The notes: generated by a model not told the origin, from the sequence alone. Positions 15,282-26,221 are shown, counted from the stretch's first letter. The stretch is DNA of 64,000 bases from an uncultured cyanobacterium (GCA_963710605.1 CAVQBA010000006.1:416001-480000); one strand, 5' to 3'. Numbers and translations are program-made.

Positions 15282-16802
15282 ATGAGTATTGGTATTTGGG
15301 TATTAGGAGATCAACTTTGGACTGAACAAGCGGCTTTATCTAGTGTCGAAAATAATCATAAAGAACAAATTTCGGTACTTTTGATCGAGTCACGTAGCTA
15401 TACAAATCAGCGTCGATATCATGGGCAAAAATTGGTATTAGTTTGGTCGGCTATGCGTCATTTTGCTAGTGAATTACGTTCAAAGGGATATTCTGTTACT
15501 TATGAAAAAATAGCTGATAATTTTGAAGCACCTTTATTAAAATGGATCAAGCAAAATCAAATTACAGAAATAAGGGTGATGACACCAAGCGATCGATCTT
15601 TTACTCAATTAATTAAAAATATCGAACTTCCTTGTAAGATTAATTTCGTTGCTAATAATCATTTCTTGTGGAGTAATGAAGAGTTTAATCAGTGGAGTAG
15701 TAGTCGAAAAGGGCTAGTGATGGAAAATTTTTATCGAGAAGGGCGTAAACGATTTGATATTTTAATGGAGGGAAAAAAACCGATCGGTGGAAAATGGAAT
15801 TTGGATAAGCAAAATCGTCGTCCTCCTAAAGGAAATATAGATACACCAGAAGCTGTGTGGTTTGAGCCAGACGAAATTACTCAAGAAGTTATAAATGAGA
15901 TAAAATCCGAGGATTTAGTTGGTTACGGAGAAATAGAGCCTTTTGGTTGGGGTGTTACACGATCGAATGCTTTGGCAGTATTAGAGCATTTTTTAACTTC
16001 TTGTTTATCTAAGTTTGGTCCGTTTCAAGATGCGATGGTAACGCAAGAAGACACGATGTGGCATAGCTTAATTTCTCCTTATCTAAACTTGGGGTTATTA
16101 ACACCGATCGAAGTAATCAAAGCCGTTGAAGAAGCTTATTACGATCGAGATTTACCATTGAACAGCATAGAAGGGTTTATTCGTCAAGTATTAGGATGGC
16201 GAGAATATATGAATGGTGTTTATCATTTGATGGATGATGATTACGAGCAAAGTAATTGGTTTAACCATAACCAACCTTTACCAGATTTTTATTGGGATAG
16301 CTCTAAAACTCAGATGAATTGTCTATCACAAACTTTATCTCAAGTCGAACGTACAGGATACGCCCATCATATTCAACGATTGATGGTATTAAATAATTTT
16401 GCTTTAATTGCAGGGGTTTCTCCTCAAGAAATTAAAGATTGGTTTCACTCAGCTTTTATTGATGCTTATGACTGGGTTATGGTTTCTAATGTTATTGGTA
16501 TGGGGCAGTTTGCTGATGGAGGAATTTTGGCATCTAAACCTTATGCTTCTTCGGCTAACTATGTTAATAAGATGAGTGATTATTGCAGTGATTGTGTTTA
16601 TAATCATCGTCAACGTACGGGTGAAAAGGCTTGTCCGTTTAATTTCTTATATTGGGATTTTATTTCTCGTCATCAAGACAAGTTAAAATCTCAAGGCAGA
16701 ATGAATTTTGTTTTTGCTAATCTTAAGCGTATAGATAAAGAAGAATTAGATGAGATTAAAGCTCAAGCTAGTTTTTGGCAAGAAAAAGGTTTTTGTCCTT
16801 GA
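15282..16802 (+). CDS. FeS-cluster bacterial cryptochrome/photolyase (PhrB/CryB-like, (6-4) photolyase class)
   Basis: WVLGDQL, AMRHFA, GGKWNLD..NR, GYAHHIQRLM, four conserved Cys (MNCL, DYCSDC, ACPFN). Confidence 0.9.
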   Translation: MSIGIWVLGDQLWTEQAALSSVENNHKEQISVLLIESRSYTNQRRYHGQKLVLVWSAMRHFASELRSKGYSVTYEKIADNFEAPLLKWIKQNQITEIRVMTPSDRSFTQLIKNIELPCKINFVANNHFLWSNEEFNQWSSSRKGLVMENFYREGRKRFDILMEGKKPIGGKWNLDKQNRRPPKGNIDTPEAVWFEPDEITQEVINEIKSEDLVGYGEIEPFGWGVTRSNALAVLEHFLTSCLSKFGPFQDAMVTQEDTMWHSLISPYLNLGLLTPIEVIKAVEEAYYDRDLPLNSIEGFIRQVLGWREYMNGVYHLMDDDYEQSNWFNHNQPLPDFYWDSSKTQMNCLSQTLSQVERTGYAHHIQRLMVLNNFALIAGVSPQEIKDWFHSAFIDAYDWVMVSNVIGMGQFADGGILASKPYASSANYVNKMSDYCSDCVYNHRQRTGEKACPFNFLYWDFISRHQDKLKSQGRMNFVFANLKRIDKEELDEIKAQASFWQEKGFCP

Positions 16803-16840
16803 TGATTACTTTATGAATGAGTTAATCTGGCGATAAATGA

Positions 16841-16934
16841 CACCAAATTGAAAAAAAAAGATTTAGCCCCCTAAATCCCCCAATCTTGGGGGACTAAAAA
16901 AATAAAAAATGTTACAAATTTTATTTGAATTGGT
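16841..16934. repeat. MITE-like element: ACCAAATT...AATTGGTA ends around a CCCCCTAAATCCCCC..GGGGG hairpin
   Basis: Terminal inverted repeat plus G/C hairpin; related copy at 27369-27476. Confidence 0.65.
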
Positions 16935-17087
16935 AGAGATATAAAGGTCGAATCTGTGAATTAAAATGATGATAATTCGTAGCTATGCAAAAGAAAACTG
17001 CGGTAAAACGCGATCGTATTTTTTAGGTTGATAATTGTTTTCCGTCATAATAATTGTTAATTCTCAATTATCTCTTATCTTATCTTT

Positions 17088-18365
17088 TCATTCTGCTCCT
17101 GCTTCATAGTAATATTCATTACTGAACAATGCTCCTTTTAATTTATCGGGATTGATTATCTTTTTGGGAAATAAAGGAAATGGATTGTCATGATTACGAG
17201 TAGGTTTATTTATACTACTAAATTTAGCTCCTTGGGTGTTTGCTCTTTGCAGACTATTATTATCAAAAGTAGAACGAGTAAAATTAGCTCCTCTGACATC
17301 CAAACCAGCAAAATCTACTCCTTTTAAATCACACCATCGAAAATCAGCACCTTTTAAACTTACTTTTTTAAAAGTAACTCCTGATAAATTACACATCATA
17401 AAGTTACTATTATCAAGATTTGAATCTTTAAAAAGAATATTCTTCATGGTATCAAATTTAGTATTGGTTAAAGTACAGTTGTTAAACGTAACTCTATCCA
17501 AATAAACAAAGTAAGCATTTTTTAGATTACAATTTTCAAAAACTACTTCTTCTAAAATGGAATCTTGAAAATTTGCATATTGAACACTTTGTATCTGCGA
17601 CAAACACTTTTTGTCATATATTCCCGACTCATTCTCAAAATTAATATTTTCAAACTTAATTTTCTTTAAGGATGCACTTTCAAAGCTCACTCCTCGTAAA
17701 TTAACTTTTTTAAAATCAACTTCTATTAGCTGTGAATATTTAAAATTTGCACCTTCAAGATTCGCCTCGATAAATTTTGTCTGTTTAAACTCTGATTGAT
17801 GCAAATAAGAATAAGATAAATTTGCTTGGGAAAAATTAGTATTATTAAAATTACAACATTTAAAGTAAAAATAATTTAAGTCAGAGTTCATAAAATTAAT
17901 GTTACTCAAATCAATTCCGATGCCTTCCAAATATGAAATCGATCGAGTATCATATGAAGAACAGTTATCAGAATAATCAAATTTTAGCCCTTGTAAATAA
18001 AGTTTTATTTCAGGTATTTCTTTTCGCCAATTATTCCAATCATTTGAATTATAAAAAATAAGCTCGGCAAAATAATCTACTAATACTTCTTTGTAAACTT
18101 GATTATTAGTAGCAGAAATCAAAGCCGCCGCCATCCATTGAATTTTTCCTTTACTTACAGAAAAAATATCAGATAAAAACTCTTCCCCTGCTTCACCGTA
18201 TTGTAACGCTTCTCGAAGAATGATTATCTTTTTATCATCTAACTTAGTATTAGCAAAACGACTTTTAATACCATCTATCCCACCCAAGACTAAAGCCTTT
18301 AAAGGAGGATTATTACCTCCTAAAACTCGATCGTATTCTTTTGGTTGATGATTATTTTCCTCCAT
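17088..18365 (-). CDS. Pentapeptide-repeat protein with cyanobacterial N-terminal YDxVLGG/ALQYGEAG helical module
   Basis: Tandem A(N/D)(L/F)xx repeats; N-terminus QPKEYDRVLGG...VLGGIDGIK...EALQYGEAG. Confidence 0.85.
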   Translation of the reverse strand: MEENNHQPKEYDRVLGGNNPPLKALVLGGIDGIKSRFANTKLDDKKIIILREALQYGEAGEEFLSDIFSVSKGKIQWMAAALISATNNQVYKEVLVDYFAELIFYNSNDWNNWRKEIPEIKLYLQGLKFDYSDNCSSYDTRSISYLEGIGIDLSNINFMNSDLNYFYFKCCNFNNTNFSQANLSYSYLHQSEFKQTKFIEANLEGANFKYSQLIEVDFKKVNLRGVSFESASLKKIKFENINFENESGIYDKKCLSQIQSVQYANFQDSILEEVVFENCNLKNAYFVYLDRVTFNNCTLTNTKFDTMKNILFKDSNLDNSNFMMCNLSGVTFKKVSLKGADFRWCDLKGVDFAGLDVRGANFTRSTFDNNSLQRANTQGAKFSSINKPTRNHDNPFPLFPKKIINPDKLKGALFSNEYYYEAGAE

Positions 18366-19228
18366 TCTCCTTGGCTTTATCTATAGACTGAATTGATTCA
18401 AGTTTTTTATTAATCTTAGCTTCTAGATCGATCGTTAGCCAATCCGCCCAAGATGAGTTAATTTTTTTAAAAAAGTTAAAAACTGTCAATTCCAAATTCA
18501 ACCCTCCAGCACTTTCTAGAGGAATAGGATCTGGGAAAAGGATAATAAACTTTCCAATCAGGTGATTTAACATGGGTAGAAATTCCTCGCCACACTTTGG
18601 CTTGTTTAAGAGTTTTTTCTGCTTTATTGGTTGTATAAATAACTAATACACCCTCTCGTTTGGGTAACTGAAATTGTCTTAGCATTTTAACTAAAGACTG
18701 TTTTGTTTCTGGTGATATTTGAGCTAGTTTATTAAATTTTTCATCTAGTTCGGTTAATGGCTGACTATCAACTTCTTTATGCTCAATTTTACAGGATGAA
18801 ATTAAACCTAATAATTTTTGATAATCTGTTTTAAACCCGTGAACACCTCCCAAGGAAACAGCTTCGGCAATTTCTTTGGTTAATTTTGGTACTTCTTGGT
18901 TATCTAAAGCACGACTGGCTAAAAGACGAAAAGCCTCTTCATTATCAGCAGAGTCTTCTTCAATCCAACCGATCGATATCCTAATTTGTCTTTTAAAATT
19001 GTCTCCTCTGCCTTCTGGTTCAATCGCTGTAATTAGTAGTAATAATTTATCTTCTTTACGAGATAAAACAACAGAAGTTTTCTCACTATAAATTAAATTA
19101 GTTGATTCATCTTGAAATAAATTAGGAAAATCATCACGTTTTTTTTCTGATGTTTCGGTCACTTCAACCCAAGTATATTCATCAGTTGATTTAATTCCAC
19201 GACTGCGGACAAAAATATTCATGCTCAA
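18352..19228 (-). CDS. Uncharacterised GTPase-associated protein (probably one gene; apparent frameshift near 18535)
   Basis: 250-aa ORF continues in shifted frame PDPIPLESAGG...KENGGK to 18352, overlapping the next start; GGAG RBS upstream. Confidence 0.6.
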
Positions 19229-19264
19229 CTTCTCCTTTATCTTTAATTAAATACTTTTACCTCT

Positions 19265-19371
19265 TATAGCGGTAAATGAGTGAGTTAAGACGTGATTGTT
19301 CGAGTTCCCCTTCCTTACAAAGGAGGGGTTAAGGGTGGTTGATTGTCCTAACCAAGTCGTTTACTGCTATA
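19265..19371. mobile_element. MITE-like element with TATAGC...GCTATA ends and central G/C hairpin
   Basis: TATAGCGGTAAA...TTTACTGCTATA inverted ends; CCCCTTCCTT..AAGGAGGGG core. Confidence 0.65.
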
Positions 19372-19380
19372 GCTTTTCAT

Positions 19381-20434
19381 TCAATCGAGTTTTAATAATT
19401 CATGACCTTGAATGATATTAAATGGTGGCTTAGTCAATCTTCCTTGTGAAAAACTTTTTAAAGCCTTATAAATGTCATTATTTGCACCTAAAAAATTGTT
19501 CGCCGTGAAAAAATGCTCGACTTAATACACCTGTTTGTTGTTTTTGGATGTATTGATGAATTAAAAAGCGTAAGATATAGCGTAATGGTTGGTCAGCCCA
19601 TTGAGATTCCATAACCGCATCAATATGAGTTTTATTCAAAAGCCATCCTTTCCACTCACCAGTATCAATATCAATATCTGCACCACCACAAAGGATACAA
19701 CCAACTGTTTGTATCGGAGTAATAACCGCCGCCACTTGATTAGATTTAGGACTTAAAACTCGATCGATTAATTCTGCATATCCTTTTTTAACTTCTTTAA
19801 TCAATCGTTCTTGATTTTCTGGTTTCTTGACGTGAGTTTCACATTTTACAGGAATAAATATGACTAATCTTTGTTCGTCTTTAGGTAGATTCTCATAAGC
19901 AGTAGCAATCATTTTAGTAACCGATTGAGGGTCATTTAACTGTTGATGAAAACGTCCATCTTCTTCCATTAAAGCTAAAGTATCGATTGGAATAATAACT
20001 ACACCACTATCTTTTACTTGTTTAAAATATGTTTGGTAGTTTGTACTTGATGAGTCTTCTTGTAGCCATCCCCCTGAAATATCTAAAAAATCTAATCCTA
20101 GAGTATTATCTTTAGTGGTGAATTTATCTCTCCTAATTAGAAATCGAATATTTTTGGGCGATTCAGTGGCTTCGGGTCCTCGATTGACTGCATCAAACTC
20201 TTTGACCAATTCTTCTAATCCTTGTTGATGTTCTTCGATCGTGCTATTACTTTCTCGATTGATTTCAATCTTAAAATCAGTTCTAGTGATTTGGTCTGTA
20301 AAATATTTAAGTATTACAGCTAAAGTACAAGTTTTTCCCACACCACTAGGTCCGAGAGAAGCTACAGAAATTTTGAATTTAGGTTCACGAATTTCATCTT
20401 TCAAGTTAACTGCGGAATTATTGGAAATTACCAT
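19381..20434 (-). CDS. TRAFAC-class GTPase (apparent frameshift near 19500; C-terminus likely ...FNIIQGHELLKLD)
   Basis: G1 GPSGVGKT, G3-like DFLDISGG, G4-like PVKCE; shifted frame stays open to TGA at 19381. Confidence 0.75.
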
Positions 20435-20483
20435 AACAATTTCTCCTTAATTTGATCGGTTTAATTTTAAAACTTACTTAATC

Positions 20484-20626
20484 GATAGCGTTTCCCATAA
20501 TCATGAGGTACATTTATTATTTTCAAGTCCCCCACTCTCCCCTTAAAAGGGGAGATGCCGAAGGCAGAGGGGTCGGGGGATGAGTGGGGGCTTTCTTTGT
20601 ATTTCATAATGGCGATAATTGCTATA
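20484..20626. mobile_element. MITE-like element (ATAGC...GCTATA ends, compound G/C hairpin)
   Basis: CATGAGGTACA and its imperfect inverted counterpart, shared with the copy at 34643-34750. Confidence 0.65.
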
Positions 20627-20711
20627 TTGAGAGACTGACAGATAGTCAGTTCGATCGGTAACAGTGTTAGAGAAATGTAAAAGCTCAAACTATTAATACA
20701 TAAGCATTATA

Positions 20712-20746
20712 CCTTTGCCCTTTGCCCTTTGCCCTTTGCCCTTTGC
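20712..20746. repeat. Heptamer tandem repeat (CCTTTGC)x5, STRR-like
   Basis: cctttgccctttgccctttgccctttgccctttgc. Confidence 0.85.
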
Positions 20747-20752
20747 AATTGC

Positions 20753-23700
20753 TTAAATTCTCTCTAAGGTACTAAGAGAAGAAGCTTTTTGAATAAAATC
20801 GAACCATTGCTGTTTTTCTTCGCTAATTCCCTTACCAAAATGATCGGGGAACACTTGTGAACTCCATTCTCGAAGTAATACTCTCCAATTAGACTTTATT
20901 TTCTTAGAATATATAATGGCATCTACAAAACGATTCGCCCGAGCATAGACAATAATACTAGGCATTCCTTCTAACTTTTCTAGAGCTTGTCGGCATTTAG
21001 AAATGGTATTACGATGTACCACTTTTAAAATCTTATGAATTAACTCAATATTTTCTTGATTTGATTTACCCACAGGGTCAAAAATTTTAGCAACTTCATT
21101 AGGATCTAATTCTTTTTCTAATGCTTGGAGAATCAGATGCTCTAAGTGAAATTCATAAGTCATTTCAAAGGAAACTAATTTTTCAAACGCTTCTTTTAAA
21201 ACAGGAAGATGCTCAGGAATTTCTTTGACCATAAATTCTAGAAATTCTGTACCCCTAGCGGTGGTTATATTTCCTAAGTCAGTCTTAGTTAAAGCATCGG
21301 CGATTTGGTTTTTCATTTGTTCTACATATACTTCCAATCCACTATCAAAAGAGTTAAATTTCTTACTGATATGATTTCTTAATTCATTGACGCATTTTTG
21401 TAAAACAGAAACCCACCCTTGTCCTATATCTCCGTAACGCATCTCATCAATTCTTTCAATTGAATGTACTCCTGTATCTTCTAAACACTCTTTGATAATT
21501 TTTCGGGTGGCTGTTTGGAATAATTCTGTATCCTTACGATTTTCTTCTATAGTTAAAGTCTCAGGACGTATTTCTTTAATTAACTGGTCTAAATTGCGGT
21601 TAATTTTTATCGTTAGTTTTTCTTCTAGCTCATCAAATAGGATGTTTTCATTTTGGTATTGAGGAGCAACTCTAAATGCCTGACGAGCTTTTTGGAGAAA
21701 GTCTTTAATTTCCCTTTCTAATTGTTCAATAGACTTGTTTGCGATCGCGGCATATTGTCCATCTAAATCTTCTATATTACTTTCTAGGTAATCTAATACT
21801 TGATTAAGAACATCTGATGCTTCTTTTTTGTCGGCACAATTAGCAATTAGACATCGAGAAACTTCGATTTCTTTTTTTGCTTCTAGACGACGTTTTATTT
21901 CTTCACAATAGCTACGATTTGCGGCTAATCCGGGTTGAGAAACTTTGATTTCATTTAAGACCATCATTGACCAATTTTTGATCGGTAATTCAGGTAAAGC
22001 GGCATCAGCGGTATCAAATAGTTTATATTCTTCTTCTTGTAAAATTCTTGTTCCTTGAGGCAGACTAATAAATAGAGCAAAGTCCACATCTTCCCCTAGA
22101 CTTTTACGAAGCGTTTCTTTATCTCCTAATACTGTATCACCAAGACCGGGTAAATCAATTAAGGCAATTTGTCCGATATCTTGATAAGGAAATTGACAAA
22201 AAATTTTAACTTCTTTAACCGCTAAATAATTGAAGTAGGTTTTTTGATTATTGTCATCGGTTTGAGCGACATATTTACGAATCTGGACTTGAGAAATCCG
22301 TTTAGGAGAAGCTTCTCTCAATAAATCACTATAATCTTGATAATGGTTGTAGCACTTTTCTAAATGTTCATACAGTGCCTTAGCTTCTGAAGTATTAATT
22401 GGTAACTTAGGAAGAGGATTATCAACAAAATCATTTAATGTTTTTGGTTTTGTACCCAAATGTAAAAAATCATAATACAAATGAATATTTTCTTGTAAAA
22501 AAGATTCTTCATTATGGAAGTAAACTTCTCCTACTGCTTGATGATTCGTTGAATGAGCAACTGTAACTTTTACTCCAGTACAGTTATTCATTGCTCCTGA
22601 AGGAACTTCGGGGTCGCTTAATCCTGTTAAAGTTTGAATTAGAAGACTTTTTCCTTGTCCTGCACGACCAACTAAAGCAATCGTTAAATTTTCTCGTGAA
22701 AATCTTTTGTTTAGTTTGGCTAATATTTGTTGAACTTGTTTAATTTTTTGAGTTTTAATCTCCGAAAATAGAGGGAATAAAGTACTTAAATTTTCTGTAA
22801 CAAATGTGTCATTAATCTTAGCGATTGTGTCACGACAAGTTGTCTCCATACTGTCTAATTGAGATAGTAAAGAGTTAAGTTTGTCAATCAGTTTTTGCAC
22901 TTTTTGACTGCGAGGATGACGTTTATTAAGAATATTAGCAATACTATTCGCTCGATCCATATTTGATAATTGTTGATTAAAAGTAGGAGTATTTGTGACC
23001 ATATTCTTCTCCTGTTGGTTATATTTCTCATACCCTAACGTATTGTTTCTATTGTTTACTAGGATTAAATCCATCTGTTTAGGGTATTTATTCATCATTA
23101 ATTCATTTATATTTTCTGCTTGACTTTTATCCCCTTTTATGTTTAATAAATAAGCGATCGTATTCATAATTTTGATAGTCAAATCACGATCGAAATCAGC
23201 CTTCTGTTTTTCCTCTTGATGACAAATACTTAATAAGGCTTCAATTTCACATTTATCTCGATAATTAAAAACATTAGTAAATACATTTTCCCAATATTTA
23301 ACTATCAGAATTAATAACTTTTTCGTGTCATAAGTTGTTAAAGGAGATTCATCATCAGGAGGACGAATAATTGTTCTAACTTGAGGATTATTTTGCCAAT
23401 CTTCATCTAAATACTTATCCATTCTTGCTTCAAAAAAAGGTTCAAAACTTTCTTGAAGAATTTTTAAAGATTTTTTGATAAGACTCTGATTATCTAAGTC
23501 TTCAAGACTTGATTCATTTTCTTCTGAGGTGATATTAACTGTGGCTAATTTGTAGCGTATTTCATCAAGCCATGTATAGTTAAAAACTTTTTCATAAATC
23601 GGATTAGCAATTTTTAAATAATATTTATCATTTTCAATAACTTTAATTACCAAACCTGACATCAAAAGATCGTCATGGATATTATAACCACTTTTCCATT

Positions 23701-24706
23701 TTACTGATTGTCGATCGAATATCTTTTGTTCGTAATAATTTAAGACTTGAAGTTTATCTTCTATTTGGCTTTCATCACGAGTTAAAAATAATTTTTGTAC
23801 TTCTTGAAAATGTTCTTTCTCTTCTTTTCCTTGATTAATCCATCTTTTGATAATATCTTTTTCTACTAATCGATCGATATTTTCAATCGTTATTTTTAAA
23901 CCATTATTAATGAGTTTTTGTGAATAATATTCTTTGACTAATAAATCACAAATTAATTGAGTTAAAAAAGGTTGTCCGTTTGTCCAATAAAAAACTCTTT
24001 CAAAAATTTGAGCAGGATTCTCTGTAACTTGCTTTAATCCTTCGATAAGAGGTTGACATTTTTCTAAATGAAAATAATCTAATTCTGTTTTTGTAGCGAT
24101 ATTTAAGGCAACGTGCTGAGTAAATTCATTTAACTTGGCAACACCGATAAGAACAAAACTAATTTTCTCTAAAATTTCGTCTTTGATATTAATTTTATCT
24201 TCATAAATATTTCTTAGACATTGAACAAATTCATCTTGAAAATTATATTTAATTAAAGCTTGAACTTCATCAACAAAAATAACTAACTTTTTAGCTTCTA
24301 AACTAGGTAATATTTTCTGTAATAAAAATTGGATAAAACGATCGGGAGGTAAATAATTTTCACTATTTTCTTTCCAAAAAGTATTAAGTTCTGATTTTAA
24401 TTCCTGAGCATTTACTATTCCTTCACATATTTTAACGGTAAAGGTTCGCCAAAACTTTTCTGTATAAACAGTAGCTTGAAGATTAATCGCAACACCAATT
24501 ATTTTTTCGCTTTTTAATTTAAAAATAGTCCGATTTTTTAAACTACTTTTTCCTCTTTGTCTAGGTGCTAAAAGAAAATGAATATTGTTTTTTGGGTTGA
24601 TCTGTTGACAAAAATTAAGTAACTCTATATCTCCATCTCTTTCAACGTAATTCTTACTATCAGGACTTAAACTTCCGCCTACATTATAAGTTGAGTTAAT
24701 CATCAT
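20753..24706 (-). CDS. Multidomain NTPase: AAA_35-type ATPase + Swt1-like HEPN + dynamin-like GTPase
   Basis: YNVGGSL...YVER.GD, Walker A APRQRGKSS, Walker B VIFVDEVQ, WTNGQPFLTQ; middle DTKKLLILIVKYWENVF; C-terminal GRAGQGKS, DLPGLGD and long helical stalk. Confidence 0.75.
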   Translation of the reverse strand: MMINSTYNVGGSLSPDSKNYVERDGDIELLNFCQQINPKNNIHFLLAPRQRGKSSLKNRTIFKLKSEKIIGVAINLQATVYTEKFWRTFTVKICEGIVNAQELKSELNTFWKENSENYLPPDRFIQFLLQKILPSLEAKKLVIFVDEVQALIKYNFQDEFVQCLRNIYEDKINIKDEILEKISFVLIGVAKLNEFTQHVALNIATKTELDYFHLEKCQPLIEGLKQVTENPAQIFERVFYWTNGQPFLTQLICDLLVKEYYSQKLINNGLKITIENIDRLVEKDIIKRWINQGKEEKEHFQEVQKLFLTRDESQIEDKLQVLNYYEQKIFDRQSVKWKSGYNIHDDLLMSGLVIKVIENDKYYLKIANPIYEKVFNYTWLDEIRYKLATVNITSEENESSLEDLDNQSLIKKSLKILQESFEPFFEARMDKYLDEDWQNNPQVRTIIRPPDDESPLTTYDTKKLLILIVKYWENVFTNVFNYRDKCEIEALLSICHQEEKQKADFDRDLTIKIMNTIAYLLNIKGDKSQAENINELMMNKYPKQMDLILVNNRNNTLGYEKYNQQEKNMVTNTPTFNQQLSNMDRANSIANILNKRHPRSQKVQKLIDKLNSLLSQLDSMETTCRDTIAKINDTFVTENLSTLFPLFSEIKTQKIKQVQQILAKLNKRFSRENLTIALVGRAGQGKSLLIQTLTGLSDPEVPSGAMNNCTGVKVTVAHSTNHQAVGEVYFHNEESFLQENIHLYYDFLHLGTKPKTLNDFVDNPLPKLPINTSEAKALYEHLEKCYNHYQDYSDLLREASPKRISQVQIRKYVAQTDDNNQKTYFNYLAVKEVKIFCQFPYQDIGQIALIDLPGLGDTVLGDKETLRKSLGEDVDFALFISLPQGTRILQEEEYKLFDTADAALPELPIKNWSMMVLNEIKVSQPGLAANRSYCEEIKRRLEAKKEIEVSRCLIANCADKKEASDVLNQVLDYLESNIEDLDGQYAAIANKSIEQLEREIKDFLQKARQAFRVAPQYQNENILFDELEEKLTIKINRNLDQLIKEIRPETLTIEENRKDTELFQTATRKIIKECLEDTGVHSIERIDEMRYGDIGQGWVSVLQKCVNELRNHISKKFNSFDSGLEVYVEQMKNQIADALTKTDLGNITTARGTEFLEFMVKEIPEHLPVLKEAFEKLVSFEMTYEFHLEHLILQALEKELDPNEVAKIFDPVGKSNQENIELIHKILKVVHRNTISKCRQALEKLEGMPSIIVYARANRFVDAIIYSKKIKSNWRVLLREWSSQVFPDHFGKGISEEKQQWFDFIQKASSLSTLERI

Positions 24707-26126
24707 TTTTATCATCCCACACAATATCTTGAAAATATTTTTGATAAAGCTCACAGCGAACTTGAGGTTTATTGGAAGCGTCTAATTTAATTAGCCCCAT
24801 TTTTAATAAATGAATTTCTAATAATCGATTAACTTGACTATTTTCGATCGTTTCTTCATTGATTATTCTTAAAAATAATTGACGAACTTTTTTATTTTTA
24901 GGTTTATTGAGTATTTTTTCATAATCATTAAGATGATAATAAAAAGGACTTTGTACTGAAGTGGCTTGTTGTTCTAGCAGTTTAATACTGATATCATCAT
25001 GAGCAATCTTATATAAAGCCTGATTAACTAAATAGGGATGTCCTCCGATAAAATTCTTTAATTGTCTGGCTGTATCAACTCCTCCATCCCATTCAATACC
25101 ATAATTCGCCGCTAAACCTAATATTTGATTTTCATGAAATTCGTATAAGTCAATTTTGTGACAATCTACATTGGCAAAAGGAGAGTTTCGATTACCCCAA
25201 TCACTATAATCTTCTACAGAATAGGCAAATATTACGCTAAAACGATTCCATTTATCTGACTTAAGATAATCATCAAACCAAATACGAAGTATATCCAGAA
25301 AAATTTGTGATTCTGTGGCAAAAATTTCCTGAAAATTATCGATGATTAAAATAATAGGTTGCTTTTGTTGAGATTTAAAAATTTCGTCTTGTAAATAACT
25401 TGTCAATTTATATTCAAAATCAAAATCATCTAAATCTGATATATCAAATTTATCTACATGAGATAGTTCCTTAAATTCTTGATATATTGACTTTAAAAAA
25501 ATATTGGTAAATTTATCTAAATCATTAAAACTTTCACAAAATTTAGCACTTTTAAAATCGAGAAATCCTACCTGACATTTTTGTTTTAATAAATAATCTT
25601 TTATTCTTTTTAATAAGGAAGTTTTACCAGTTTGTCTTGCACCTTGTATTTTAATAAATATTCCCTGCTCTAAATTATTGTAATTGTTATAATTAAGATC
25701 ATTTTTTGCTAAAAGTACCTCACAATCTCTATCGGCATTAGTTCGCATATATCGAGGATCTGATAAAGGAATCCAGCCTTTTAAAGCTGGTAAATTAGAC
25801 ATAGTAGGTAAAGTAGATTCGTCATAAATAATTCTATATTCATTTGCTTTTCTACCTCCTCCTCTACGCCTAACACTGATTATTTTGTTGTTTTCTAATC
25901 CTTTAAGAAATTGTTGAATTTTTCCATCTGATACGGGGATTTCTTTTTCTTGTAAAAATTCTCTAAAGTCACTAACTGATATTTTTATATAATCTTTGGA
26001 CTTTAATTTTTGTTTGACTTTCTCTGCTTCAATTGTTTGACGTATGGCATAATATAATTCTTGATCTTCTTTATTTAAGGAGGCAATGTATTTTTCGGAC
26101 GATCAATCGTCAAAATTGTCAATCAT
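24696..26126 (-). CDS. wHTH-like N-terminus + AAA_35-type ATPase (in-frame TGA at 26103-26105 probably an error)
   Basis: GARQTGKTS, LIIDNFQE, SPFANV, GGHPYLV; frame is open upstream of 25802 to ATG 26126 apart from one TGA; N-terminal ...QQFLKGLENNKIISVRRRGGGRKANEYRI resembles a winged helix. Confidence 0.75.
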
Positions 26127-26191
26127 AATACGTTTTTGTTTAAATTTGTAATTATAGCCTTGATGAAAATTACAGGTGCGTTAATTGTCTG

Positions 26192-26221
26192 GTAAAGACG
26201 TAGCGTACGCTACGTCCCTAC
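26192..26221. repeat. GTAG-type REP palindrome
   Basis: gtaaagacgtagcgtacgctacgtccctac; near-identical to 58761-58789. Confidence 0.7.

Noticed and set aside
20467-20688. 73-aa ORF inside the GTPase cluster
   Set aside because: It spans a MITE-like repeat; the translation is repeat-derived
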